64,000 bases of DNA. Origin: Vicugna vicugna. Its lineage: Eukaryota. The DNA is taken from NCBI GenBank assembly GCA_013265495.1, contig MU058252.1, forward strand, positions 2,452,244-2,516,243. The letters are read 5' to 3'. The notes under the pieces are model-generated. The model saw nothing but the letters and a program-made list of their open reading frames with translations, searched no databases and was not told the DNA's origin. Shown one piece after another: positions 51,041 to 61,100 of this stretch (positions are counted from its first letter, which is position 1; each line of letters opens with the position of its first letter). A program made the position numbers and the translations under genes.

Positions 51041-52164
51041 GGCTGGGGCGAAGCCAGTGCTAGTGCTTTGATGTTTTCTTTGACTCTCCTTTGCCAGTGC
51101 CCTTGCTTTGTTGTTACCGCCCAAGAGAAAACACCAGGTGTCTTAGATTGCCACTGTTTATATGTGTCTCCAATATAAGGGGACCGTTTTCTCTGTCATT
51201 TACACTCATCCCCAAAGCCAAATCAGATGTGTTTTGCAAAGTTGGATGAGAGTCACTTCATTAGCTGCTCCTTCTCTGGGAATGTCCTGCACGAAGCTGC
51301 TTATTTACTGATTCGGTGTTGAAAACGAAGCAGGAGAACTTAAAGGCTTGGTGGGACCTGTTACGTAAGACGTGTTCCCACGGGGGTGTGAAAACTCTTC
51401 TGGACCCCGATCTGCTTGCTACACAGCCCCGCCCTGACAAGAAGGCAGGAGGTGAGCAGAGGTTCTGGGAAACCAGACAGGATGCAAAACACAAGCCAGG
51501 AGGGTGACCCGGGGGCTCCTTTGAGGACATCTGCCCTGAAACAACCATTGATGACAGTGTGACAGCAGGAGTGTCTGAGTCCCCCGCTGCGCCGAGAGTT
51601 ACCCAAATAACAGGAGAGCTTGTGCACAGCTGGCCTCGTGAACAGCCCCAGAAACTTCAGCTGGGGCCGCTGGAGACCATAAACAAGGCATCTGCCGAGC
51701 GGCTGTTGCCAAGGTCACCCTGGCGGTGTGAGGCGCCCATGGGGGAGCGGGCATTGCCAGCCGTGACCCATGAGTGGCCAGCTCAGGTGGCCCCCTGCCT
51801 GGGTGCCAGGGTGCCCTTGCTCTTTGCCTGAGTTTAAAGGTACGAGATGGGTCGGGGGAGAGGGCAAAGGCAAAGCAATTTGAATGGAATCAAGCTGCTT
51901 CGGATGAAACATGAAACATTTGCAACAAGGTTTGCAAAACGTCACACAGTTAGCCTTGCGTCTGGTCCCCCTGCCAGCTGAACAGGGGCTGCCATCTAAC
52001 AGCCAGGGCATGAACAGAGCTGGGAGATGGTTTAAGAGGTTTTTGCATAATGGCAGTTTTGAGAAATTTGATTATCACCCTTGGAACGTCTACCTGGACT
52101 CAAAAACAGACCTTTCCAGCTGGAAGGCATTTGGGGAACGTGCCGCTTCTGCGCAGAGAGCGGA

Positions 52165-52350
52165 GAGCTGGCCTTAGCTGTGGATTCACGCCAGGCCCGT
52201 CAATCAGAGCACCCTCCGTGTGACCTTGGGCAAATGATCCAGTCTCTCGAAGCCTCCGTTGTCTTATCTGTGAATTAAGAATCAAACAGCTATTTCCGGC
52301 ACTGTTGTGAAGATTGAATAAGATGATACAAGTGACATGCAGGGCTCCTG
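52165..52350 (+). mobile_element. MIR SINE
   Basis: gtgtgaccttgggcaaatgatccagtctctcgaagcctccgttgtcttatctgtgaa. Confidence 0.7.
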
Positions 52351-52499
52351 TACGTTTTATTTTGACTCTCTCCACCGTTACTGACAGAGGTGCAGTTTGC
52401 ATCACGCTGGCACCAGAGGTCCAAGCAACGCCCGCGCCTGCCTTCCTCCCCCTCCTTTGTCCTGGGCGCCCTCCCTACCTGTCTTCCTCCCTCCCCCTG

Positions 52500-52885
52500 T
52501 CCTTCTCCTTACTCAGCTCATAATCTATTTCCTTTTCATCAGCACTTGTTATGTTTGGTGGGTAGCTTTGTGTTTGCATGTGTTTTCGCAAAACACATAT
52601 TTTCTGTGAATGCATCTTTGTTTGTTAAATAGTTTGGGTTTATGTATACATGCATATATGTGATTTATGTAAATATATATTTACATATATATACATAGGT
52701 GTATACATGTGTCAACGTGTCTATATTTCTCTTTTTTTGCCCTAAGCACTGTGTTTATAATCTGTCTATGCTGCTCTGTGTACACATTACCTTGCTTTTT
52801 GTCACTGCTTAGCTCTGCATGGTGTGTATCCAGAGCATTCTGCACATCCCTGCTCAAGGATGGGTACCCAGGTTGATTCCAAAGC
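52500..52885 (-). mobile_element. Ancient L1ME-like 3' fragment with TA-rich tract
   Basis: cctaagcactgtgtttataatctgtctatgctgctctgtgtac...gatgggtacccaggttgattcca. Confidence 0.45.
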
Positions 52886-53682
52886 CCCTCCCCACCGCCA
52901 CCATCACATCTTTCTCCCTGGACTTCCTAAGGCATTTACGTGTTACAAGCTTCCCTCTCCTGTTAGACTGTGGCTGTGGGAGCACATTTTCTGACTTCTG
53001 TACAGAGCACATAATAGTTTCTCAGTAAACATGGGGCCGTTGGCTTCTTGGGCAGCTGGCACACTGGCTTACAAGCCTCCTGTGGCCTCTTCGCCAGGAA
53101 GAGTGGTTAGTACCACCTTACCTTGTAAAAGTTTCTTATCAGCAACGGAAACATCTTTTAGAAAAAGATGAAAATCATTCAAATGTGACTTGTAATTGAA
53201 TTCCTCTGAATAAACCACATTATTCATTTCTCCAAACAAAGAATTATGAACACTTACTCTAAGTGATGGAGGCATGGATTCTGCAAACTATTTGAATGCT
53301 CTCAGGATTCCCAAATCCACGGGAGGTTCCTGCTTCCCGGGCACTGAACCCCATTCCATGGAACCGGTGTGGCACTGGGAGAGGATGCGCAGTGGAGGGT
53401 GTGTGGAGGCTCCGGGGTCGAGCCCCAGGCTCCCGAGAGGGAGTGAGACACTGACAGCAGTGGGGGTGGGGGGACCGCCGCCAGGAGAGGAGGCAGTTGC
53501 GTTCCTGTGGATGTGCCTTCTCGGCTGATGGTAGGAAGCGCTAGGCCTTCTCCCTGTGGTCTTCCCATCTGCAGGGTGGGAGACATGGTCAGCCCTGAAA
53601 CAAGGTTTGTTTTTCTGTTGAATGCGTGACTCTGAGCGAGCCGATGTAACTTTGATGGCTGTGTAACCAGGTCACTCTCGAC

Positions 53683-53903
53683 CTGGGGTCTGCAAACCTT
53701 CCCTGCAAAGGACCAGAGGGAAAGCATTTTACACTTCACAGGTCACGTGGTCTTTGCTTCAGTGTAAACTCTGTCCTCGTAGCACAGGAACTGCCCCTGG
53801 ACCGCACGTGAAGGGACGGGCTCAGCCGTGTCCCTGCAAAACTGCGTTTCAAATAACAAGCAGTGGGCTGGCTCTGGCCCGGGGCCCAGTGCGTGCAACC
53901 CAA
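53683..53903 (+). mobile_element. MER58A-like hAT-Charlie DNA transposon
   Basis: ggggtctgcaaaccttccctgcaaaggaccagagggaaagcatttt...aacaagcagtgggctgg...gcaacc. Confidence 0.7.
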
Positions 53904-54019
53904 GCTGGAAGCTCACACGTTTGCTGCATCTAGAGATCCACACACGTTTAGCAGGTCTCCTAAGACAGACCAGCTCCCGCGTCTTCCTGACTTGATTGGC
54001 TATAGTTTCAGGGGGACAG

Positions 54020-55325
54020 TTTTTTTAATTGAAGTATAGTCGATTGACGATGTTGCGTTAATGGCTGGTGTGCAGCATAGTGCTTCCTTTATACACACAT
54101 ATATATTCCTTTTCAGGTTCTTTTTCATCATAGGCCATTACAAGGTATTGAGTAGCGGTCCCTGTGCTGTCCAGCAGGACCTTGCTGTTTATCCGTTTGT
54201 ATATAGTGGTGGTGTGTATCCGCTAGTCCCAAACTCCTCATTTATCCCTCCCCACCCACTTCCCCCTTCGGTAACCGTAAGTTTGTTCTCTATGACCGTG
54301 AGTCTGTTTTGTAAATAAGTTCTTTTGTGTCTTTTTGTTTTAGATTCCACATATGCGTGATGTCTTACGATATTTTTCTCTCTCTCTCTGGCTTACTTCA
54401 CTTAATATGATGATTTCTGTGTCCATCCATGTTGCTGCAAATGGCTTATTCTTTTTTATGGCTGAGTAGTATGGATATTTATATACACCACAGCTTCTTT
54501 ATCTAGTCATCTGTCACTGGACATGTAGGTTGCTTCCATGTCTTAGCTGTTCTAAACAGTGCTGCTGTGAACATTGGGGTGCCTGTATCTTTTCTAATTA
54601 GAGTTCCCTCCAGATACATGCCCAGGAGTGGGATTACTGGATCACATGGTAAGTCTATTTTTAGTTTTTTGAGGAATCGCCATACTGTTTTCGGTAACGG
54701 CTGCACCAATTTACATTCCCCACAGCAGTGTAGGAGGATTCCCTTTTCTCTCCACACCCTCTCCAGCATTTATTGTTTGTGGGCTTTTTAAAGATGGCCA
54801 TTCTGACTGGTGTGAGGTGATACCTCATTGTAGTTGTGATTTGCATTTCTCTGATAATTAGCAATACTGAGCATCTCTCATATGCCTGTTGGCCATTTGT
54901 ATGTCTTCAATGGAGAAATGTTTGTTTAGGTCTTCTGCCCATTCTTGGACTGGGTTTTTTGTTTTTCTGTTACTGTATTGAGCTGTTTGTATATTCTGGA
55001 AACTAAGCCCTGGTCAGTTGCATCATCTGCAAATACTCTCTCCCATTCTGTAGGTTGTCTTTTCATTTTATTTATGGTTTCCTTTGCTGTGCAAAAGCTT
55101 CTAAGTTTAATTAGGGTCCACTTGTTTACTTTTGCTTTTATTTCGACCGCCTGGGTAGACTGCCCTAGGAGAGCACTGCTGAGATTTATGTTAGGGAACG
55201 TCTTGCCTGTGTTTTCTTCTAGGAGGTTCATGGTGTCTTGTCTTATGTTTAAGTCTTTAAGCCACTTTGAGTTGGTTTTTGTGTGTGGTGTGAGGGAGTG
55301 TTCTAACTTCTTTGATTTACAGGCA
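54020..55325 (-). mobile_element. Young camelid-type L1, 5'-truncated (~1.3 kb; ORF2 C-terminus and 3' UTR)
   Basis: LTPHTKTNSKWLKDLNIRQ..., [15 protein letters not shown]..., [23 protein letters not shown]; poly-T at 54020. Confidence 0.93.
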
Positions 55326-55674
55326 TGGGGGGGTAGAACATTCAACAACACTGTTAGCAGTAATATGAAGAGAAGACAGAGAGGAACTTGTACTGTATTA
55401 ATTTGAGCCCAGGTAAGAGAGAAGTTTCTTTCTCTCTTTTGTGTATGAAATTTGGAGTTTAGCAGCCCAAGAATGTGACAGCTACTTCTTCTCACAAGAC
55501 CCTTCTGTTTTCTCCCATGAATGGTCTTTATTTCATGGTTTAAGATGGTAGCAAGCATTCGAGGTAGAAAGATGGGAAAAGGTAGGGGTGGTGGGGGAGG
55601 GGCAGTGGAGAAGAAGAGTAAGTTAAGAACATTCACCCTGACAGATGCATTACTAGTCATTTCTACTTATCACC

Positions 55675-56043
55675 TGTCATAGCTGTTTTTATGTGTCAGC
55701 GTGGTCAAACGAGATGTTGCTGTGGAGGATTTGGGCTTTTTAATGTGATTAACTTTAAATTAGTAGACTTTTCAGTAAAGCAGATTACTCTCCGCGATGT
55801 GGTGGGCTTTGTCCAATCAGTTGAAGGATTTAAGAGGAAAGAGACTGATCACTCCAAGAAAGAGGAAATTCTGCTACCAGATAGTCTTTTCCCTGGGTTT
55901 CCAGCCTTCTGGTCTACCCTACCCTGTAGATTTCAGATTTGCAAGCATGCACAATGGAGTGAGCCAATTCCTTGAATTCTTTAAACTAAACCAATCTCCC
56001 TCTCTCTCTCTCTCTCTGTTCTGTTTCCCTAGAGAAACCCAGT
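55675..56043 (+). mobile_element. ERVL solo LTR (MLT2-like)
   Basis: ttttatgtgtcagcgtgg, agtaaagcagattactctcc, ccaatcagttgaagg, gtgagccaattccttg, ttctgtttccctagagaaaccc. Confidence 0.85.
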
Positions 56044-57199
56044 CTTCAGGAAACATCCATGTTCTCCTCCCCCCTGGTCATTTTCAGTATGTGTATATAT
56101 ATAAACTCTTTTTTTTTTAAATTTGCTTCTTTGGATCCTGGCCTGACTCTCCAGGGAATCTTACCTAGCTACCCATATTTGCTTTTGTTTTCAGGAAACT
56201 GTAAGCTAGAAGAGGCTTCCCTTGCAGATGGTTCATGCTTAAAAAAAAAAAAACTTCCAGTATCTCACTCTAAGGGCCTTCTGATCTCAACCTTACAGCA
56301 GCAAGGCAGCCAGCATAGGTGGTTTCTTGTAGGTGGCTTCGCTGTCTGCACCTAGTAGCTGCTTGATGAAGACTCGCTGATGGAGAAATTCTTGCAGCAA
56401 AGCTGTTTAGCTGATTGGATATTCAGGGCCAGGTGAGTGGAAATCAGAGGGGTGAGAAATTGTGTGGAGCTGCAGAGGGATCCAGGCCTGCCTGTCCCCA
56501 AATAAACCTAATGAGCTGAACCTGTGCCAGTTGCCCTTGTCAGACATGCCTTGGGGGAGAGACAGGATGGAGGCCGGCTCATGGCCACGGGATGAGCCCC
56601 TGTCCAGGTGCCCCTGCCCCAGACTGCTGTGCCTCGGGTCCACGCAAGGGAGCTGATGGCCGGATCTGAGAGGTTTCTAGTAGAGCTGGGCAACAGTGCC
56701 AGCTGCGATGGGAGGTGAATAACGTGGCAAGACAGGCAGCTGGTGGCGTCTTCCTTGGCAGGCGGGCTGCCGCGCTCTGCCAGGCTCAGCTGCCCATGTC
56801 CGGCAAGTGCAGGGAAGAGTGGGCGGGGCCGAGAAGCAGGCTTCAGTGGAGAGCCCGCTCGGTGCTCCAGGAAGGTGCTCAGCTGCAGGATGAAGCTGCT
56901 TGGCTTGCACTGGCTTCTCTCCCACCCCCTTGACACAGGGAGCCACTCACCAGGGAAGGGCTGAGTCCCTCCTGCGCTCCTTCAAATGCGCTCCTTCCTA
57001 GGTCCGCACAGGGACTTGCCCAGAGGGAGGACTTGGCAGGACACTTTAAGCTGCCTGCCACCTTGCAGGAGCTGAGGAGTCGGGACCCGTACTGTCCTTT
57101 GGAGAATCCAGGGAACGGGTTCCTGCCCGGGCGCTTGCCAGGGTCTAAAGAGATGCAGGGAGCCTGCATGTGCGCCTGTCAGGTAGCAAGGGTTCTGAC

Positions 57200-57343
57200 G
57201 GAGCAGAACAGGACCTAAATGCTGGCTCTGCCATTTCCTACTGACTGTGACTTTGGAGGAGCTACTTAATCATTTTAAGCCTCAATTTTCTCATTAGTAA
57301 AGTGAGGCTACCATGTGTTAGGGGCTGAATTGTGCCCCCCACC
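57200..57343 (+). mobile_element. MIR fragment followed by the 5' stub of an MLT1 LTR
   Basis: ctggctctgccatttcctactgactgtgactttgg...gcctcaattttctcatt; then tgttaggggctgaattgtgcccccc. Confidence 0.6.
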
Positions 57344-57344
57344 A

Positions 57345-58092
57345 TTTATTTATATATTTATTTTGAAGTATAGTCAGTTTACTATGTTTTTCAATTTCTG
57401 GTGGACAGCGTAATGCCTCAGTCACACGTGTACATACATGTGCTCCTTTTCATATTCTTTTTCATTGTAGGCCATTACAAGGTGTTCAGTATAGTTCCCT
57501 GTGCTGCACAGTAGGCCCTTGTTGTTTATCTATGTTATGTATAGCAGTGTGTGTGTGCAATTCCAAGCTCCCAGTTTATCCCTCCCCACCCCGTTTCCCC
57601 ACTCCTGGTGACCGTAAGTTTGTTTTCTATGTATGTGAGTCTGTTTCTGTTTTATAAGTAAGTTCATTTGTGTCTTTTTTTTTTTTGGTTCCACCTATGA
57701 GTGATATCATATGGTATTTTTCTCTCTTTCTGGCTTACTTCACTTAGAATGACCATCTCCAGGTCCATCTATGTTGCTGCAAATGGCATTATTTTATTCT
57801 TTTTTATGTCTGAGTAGCATTCCATTGTATAAATATACCACACCTTCTTTATCCAGCTGTCTGTCGGTGGACATTTAGATTACTTCCATGTCTTGGCTAT
57901 TGTATATAGTGCTACTGTGAACATTGGGGTGCATGCATTTTTTCAAATTAGACTTCCCTCCAGATATACGCCCAAGAGTGGGATTGCTGGATCACGTGGT
58001 AACTCTATTTTCAGTTTTTTGAGGAATCTCCATACTGTTTTCCATAATGGCTGCACCAAACTACATTCCCACCAACAGGGTAGGAGGGTTCT
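57345..58092 (-). mobile_element. Young L1 3' end
   Basis: ttttgaagtatagtcagtttac...ggctgcaccaaactacattcccaccaacag. Confidence 0.9.
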
Positions 58093-58099
58093 GTTCATT

Positions 58100-58485
58100 T
58101 ATTTCTGCTTGTTTGTTATACTCCACATATGACTGAAATCATATTTGTTTTCCTGTCTGACTTATTTCACATAACAGATTTATAAATGTCCAGTGCAGTG
58201 TTGTTAACTAGAGAGCTGTGTTTGAAGCAAAGCTCTAGAACTTTCTCATCTGGCATAACAGAAATTTTATACACGTAGAACAGCCAGCCACTCCCCATGC
58301 CCCCTTCCCCCTCTGCCAGCCCCTGGCAGAGCCATTCTATTCTCTGCTTCCTTCCGCGAGTGTGACTGTTTTAGATTCGTCATGTAAGTGGAATCACGCA
58401 GTATTTGTCCTTCTGTGACTGGCTTACTTCACTCCCTGTGATGTCCTCTGGGTTCATCCTTGTCTGAGTTGGCAGGAAGTCCTAC
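58100..58485 (-). mobile_element. Older L1 (L1MA-like) 3' UTR fragments
   Basis: agctctagaactttctcatctggcataac...catgtaagtggaatcacgcagtatttgtccttctgtgactggctt. Confidence 0.7.
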
Positions 58486-60299
58486 CCTTTCTCTTTGAAA
58501 AGCAGTCAAAGTCAAAATATGCAGTAAAGTTGGCTACTGGGTACCTGGTGCCAGAAAGACCCACAGAAAGGTTCCGAGTGGCACAACCTGGCCTCCATCA
58601 ACCCACCATTCGAGAGCCTTTCCACCAGATATAGTTGAAGGAGGGGTGTGAGACCTGGGAGGGGCTGGCCAGGCAAGCGCCCAAGGGACCTGCAGATCTG
58701 AAGCCAGCAGGAGACTCCTTTGAAGTATCAGGATAATCTTGCAAATGTGCATAAACTTTGCATTCTACCCATATTCATTTTCGATGTAGAGTAACACTTA
58801 AGGTCTTTACTGAGAAGTCAAATAGAAGTGCCCGAAGGGTTTCAGATCACTCCCCACCGGACACAGCTGAGCACCCTGGGGGCCCCCGCCGACTTGGTTG
58901 GACCCAGGGAGCCAGCTGAGCAGGCGGGTCCTGTTTCCCTTTGCTTCTCTCCCTTTCCTGCTGGTGTCTTCGCCCTTGGGTATCAGTCCTGGGCGGTGCT
59001 CATGGACCCCGTGAGTTAGCAGTGGGTCCTTCCGCAGACGTTAACAGATGTTAAAATGGGTTTTAATTGAAGAGGGAACTCTGGAGGACAGACCAGTTCT
59101 AGGTGCTCAGGAATGAAACATTTTGCTGCAGGGGCTGCTGGTCTCACCCATCACCAAGGTCCCCGGGGGCTGCAGTGGCCCAGGTGTTCCAGGGGAGGGG
59201 TGCTGCTCATCTCACTGCCCAGGTCTCCTTTCTGAGTCTTTGCTGCGGGGCCTCGATGGCAGCTTTGCTTGGGGACCTCGCGCTGCACTGGCTGCATCTT
59301 TCCCTCAGGAGCATCACTGCACAGCGACTCCCTTGGGGGTCTGTGTGGCCTGGCGCACTCAGTCCAGCCCACCCGGGTGGTAACCCTTGCTTTAAACTCT
59401 CTGGTAGCAGGCCACAGACGTAGGGAGCCACCCCGGAAACTCCCCACCCTGCGGGGAAGTCTGAATACCAGGCGGACGCAGCAGGAGCCACAGCCTGAGC
59501 CGGTGGCAGGGATGTCGCACGGTTTTTTTGTTTTTTTTGGTTTTTTTTTTGCACTCTCAGCCAAGCCAGGCAGGCTCCCAGATGCCCGTACTGAACTTTG
59601 GGAATCTGCGCCAGATAGATACTTAGAATTTGGTTCAGGCTGCCGTCAAGGTGACCAGGCAATGCTGTCTGGACTCAACTGTCAATGCCAGAAAGGGACA
59701 CGATGCCTGGGCTTTTGCTGGTGTGTGTTTGTTCTTGTAAGATGACGGGGGTCGGGGGGCCCTGGGAAGGAGCGGAACAAAGGGAAGTCTCCTGTTAAAC
59801 ACCTGGTAACTGGAAGTCTATCTACTCTGCCTCCTCTCCACGAGGAAGTGCGCTGGCAACGCAGAGGGGCCGCAGAAGGCCTCTGCGCCTGGAGCGGCCC
59901 GGGTTCTGGAAGGCACAGGTGTTCCCACCTGCAAGCTACCAGCTGGTCAAGCGGGACGCAGTCTCCACACTGCGTTTCTCCTCCGCCTGTAACTCGTGTC
60001 CAGCCAGGGGCAGCGGCAGGGCGGGAGCAGTGTTGCTCGGGGACATCCAGCAGGGAGGGCAGGAGGCCACCTCTGTCCCTGCGTTCTCCTTGTGCCCAGG
60101 ACTCGGCGGGAGCCCTTGAGTTCCTGTAAGGTCAGTCCATGGGCTTCTCTCTCTCTTTCTCTTTTTTTCTCTTAACCAACAGACACCCTTGAGGTCCTGG
60201 TTGATTTTCAAAAAGAAAAAGAAGCTTCTTTGAGTGAAAGGATGGAACATAATAAGTTCTCTCAATTTATTTAAAATAAAGGCCAAGGTTTCGATGGCT

Positions 60300-61100
60300 A
60301 GCGTTCCTGCAAACCCCGCACCCCGGGCAACAGAAGGGAAGCCATTCTTTGGTGCGCATGGAACACCTTCCTCCTCAAACGCCGCCGGGCACTTGGCAGA
60401 GGAGAGGAACAAAGCCCCTCGCCCTGTGGCCCCCGTAGCGGCCCCCTGCCCGGGAGCGACCTGCCGGCAGCACTGCTGCGGGGGCGCAGCTCCGGCCCCC
60501 TGAGCAGGTTGGCGGCCAGTTCCCGGGGCTGTAGCCACGCCCCGCCCGCGTCCCCTCCGCTCCCGGCGCCCCCTCCCCAGTCCCCTCCCCTGCCCGCCGG
60601 CCGAGCATGCGCCGTGCGCCGCGGGAGGCGGGCGGGAGCGGCGCGCATCGCTCGGGTCCCCTTCCTGCACCGCGCCGCCACTTGCCGGTTGCTAAGCAGT
60701 TATCATTGTTTCTGTGGCGATTGCAGAGGCCGTTGCTAATTGGAGAAGCCCCGCTGAGCCGCAGCATCTCCCCTCTTCGGATCCGCGCTCCGCTCTTTGC
60801 ATTGAAAGAGAAAACTAGGCTGGCCTCCCCCGCGCCCTCCCCCACCCGACCCCAGTAGCCGTGTGATTTCGGAAGTATGGACTAAATCCTAGTCCTCCCG
60901 CCGACTAGACCCTGGTGGCCCCAAACTCCCCGGCAGATCGCACCGGCCCCCGGGCCGCTGCGCACCCCGGACAGGAGATCATGACTACAGCCAAGGAGCC
61001 AAATGCTTCAGGGAAATCCGTGCAGCAGCAGGAACAGGTAATGCTGCTTTCGGGAGTGTGCCCGGGTCTCGGTGTGCGTGTGTGTGCGTGCGCGCCCGCG
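60300..61100 (+). promoter_or_regulatory. DPP6: CpG-island promoter and 5' UTR of DPP6-S
   Basis: Very GC- and CpG-dense. Contains GC boxes, NRF1-like GAGCATGCGC (~60603), RFX-like GTTGCTA/GTTTCTGTGGCGAT (60688-60743), ATTGG (60739) and ETS core CGGAAGT (60870) directly upstream of the coding exon. The exact TSS cannot be determined from sequence. Confidence 0.85.
60981..61037 (+). CDS. DPP6: First coding exon of DPP6 short isoform (DPPX-S; dipeptidyl peptidase-like protein 6, Kv4 auxiliary subunit); remainder of gene lies beyond the window
   Basis: ATG at 60981 (gagatcATGa) encodes MTTAKEPNASGKSVQQQEQ, matching the remembered DPP6-S N-terminus (human MTTAKEPSASGKSVQQQEQ-ELVGSN...). It ends in a phase-0 donor CAG|GTAATG at 61037/61038 and is embedded in a CpG island. 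Confidence 0.95.

Larger units (their letters stand above)
1..60299 (+). other. DPP6: Non-coding region, probably intron 1 of upstream DPP6 isoforms (L/K first exons)
   Basis: No recognisable host exon and repeat-rich. In human and rodents the L and K first exons lie far upstream of the S exon (inference by orthology). Confidence 0.6.

Noticed and set aside
54926..55660. 244-aa minus-strand ORF
   Set aside because: A chance fusion of flanking DNA with an L1 ORF2 remnant; not a host gene.
59936..60845. Long minus-strand ORFs over the promoter
   Set aside because: Low-complexity Gly/Ala/Arg products typical of CpG islands, with no homology recognised.
61002..61010. N-A-S glycosylation sequon in DPP6-S
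   Set aside because: This N-terminus is cytoplasmic in a type II membrane protein, so the sequon should not be used.
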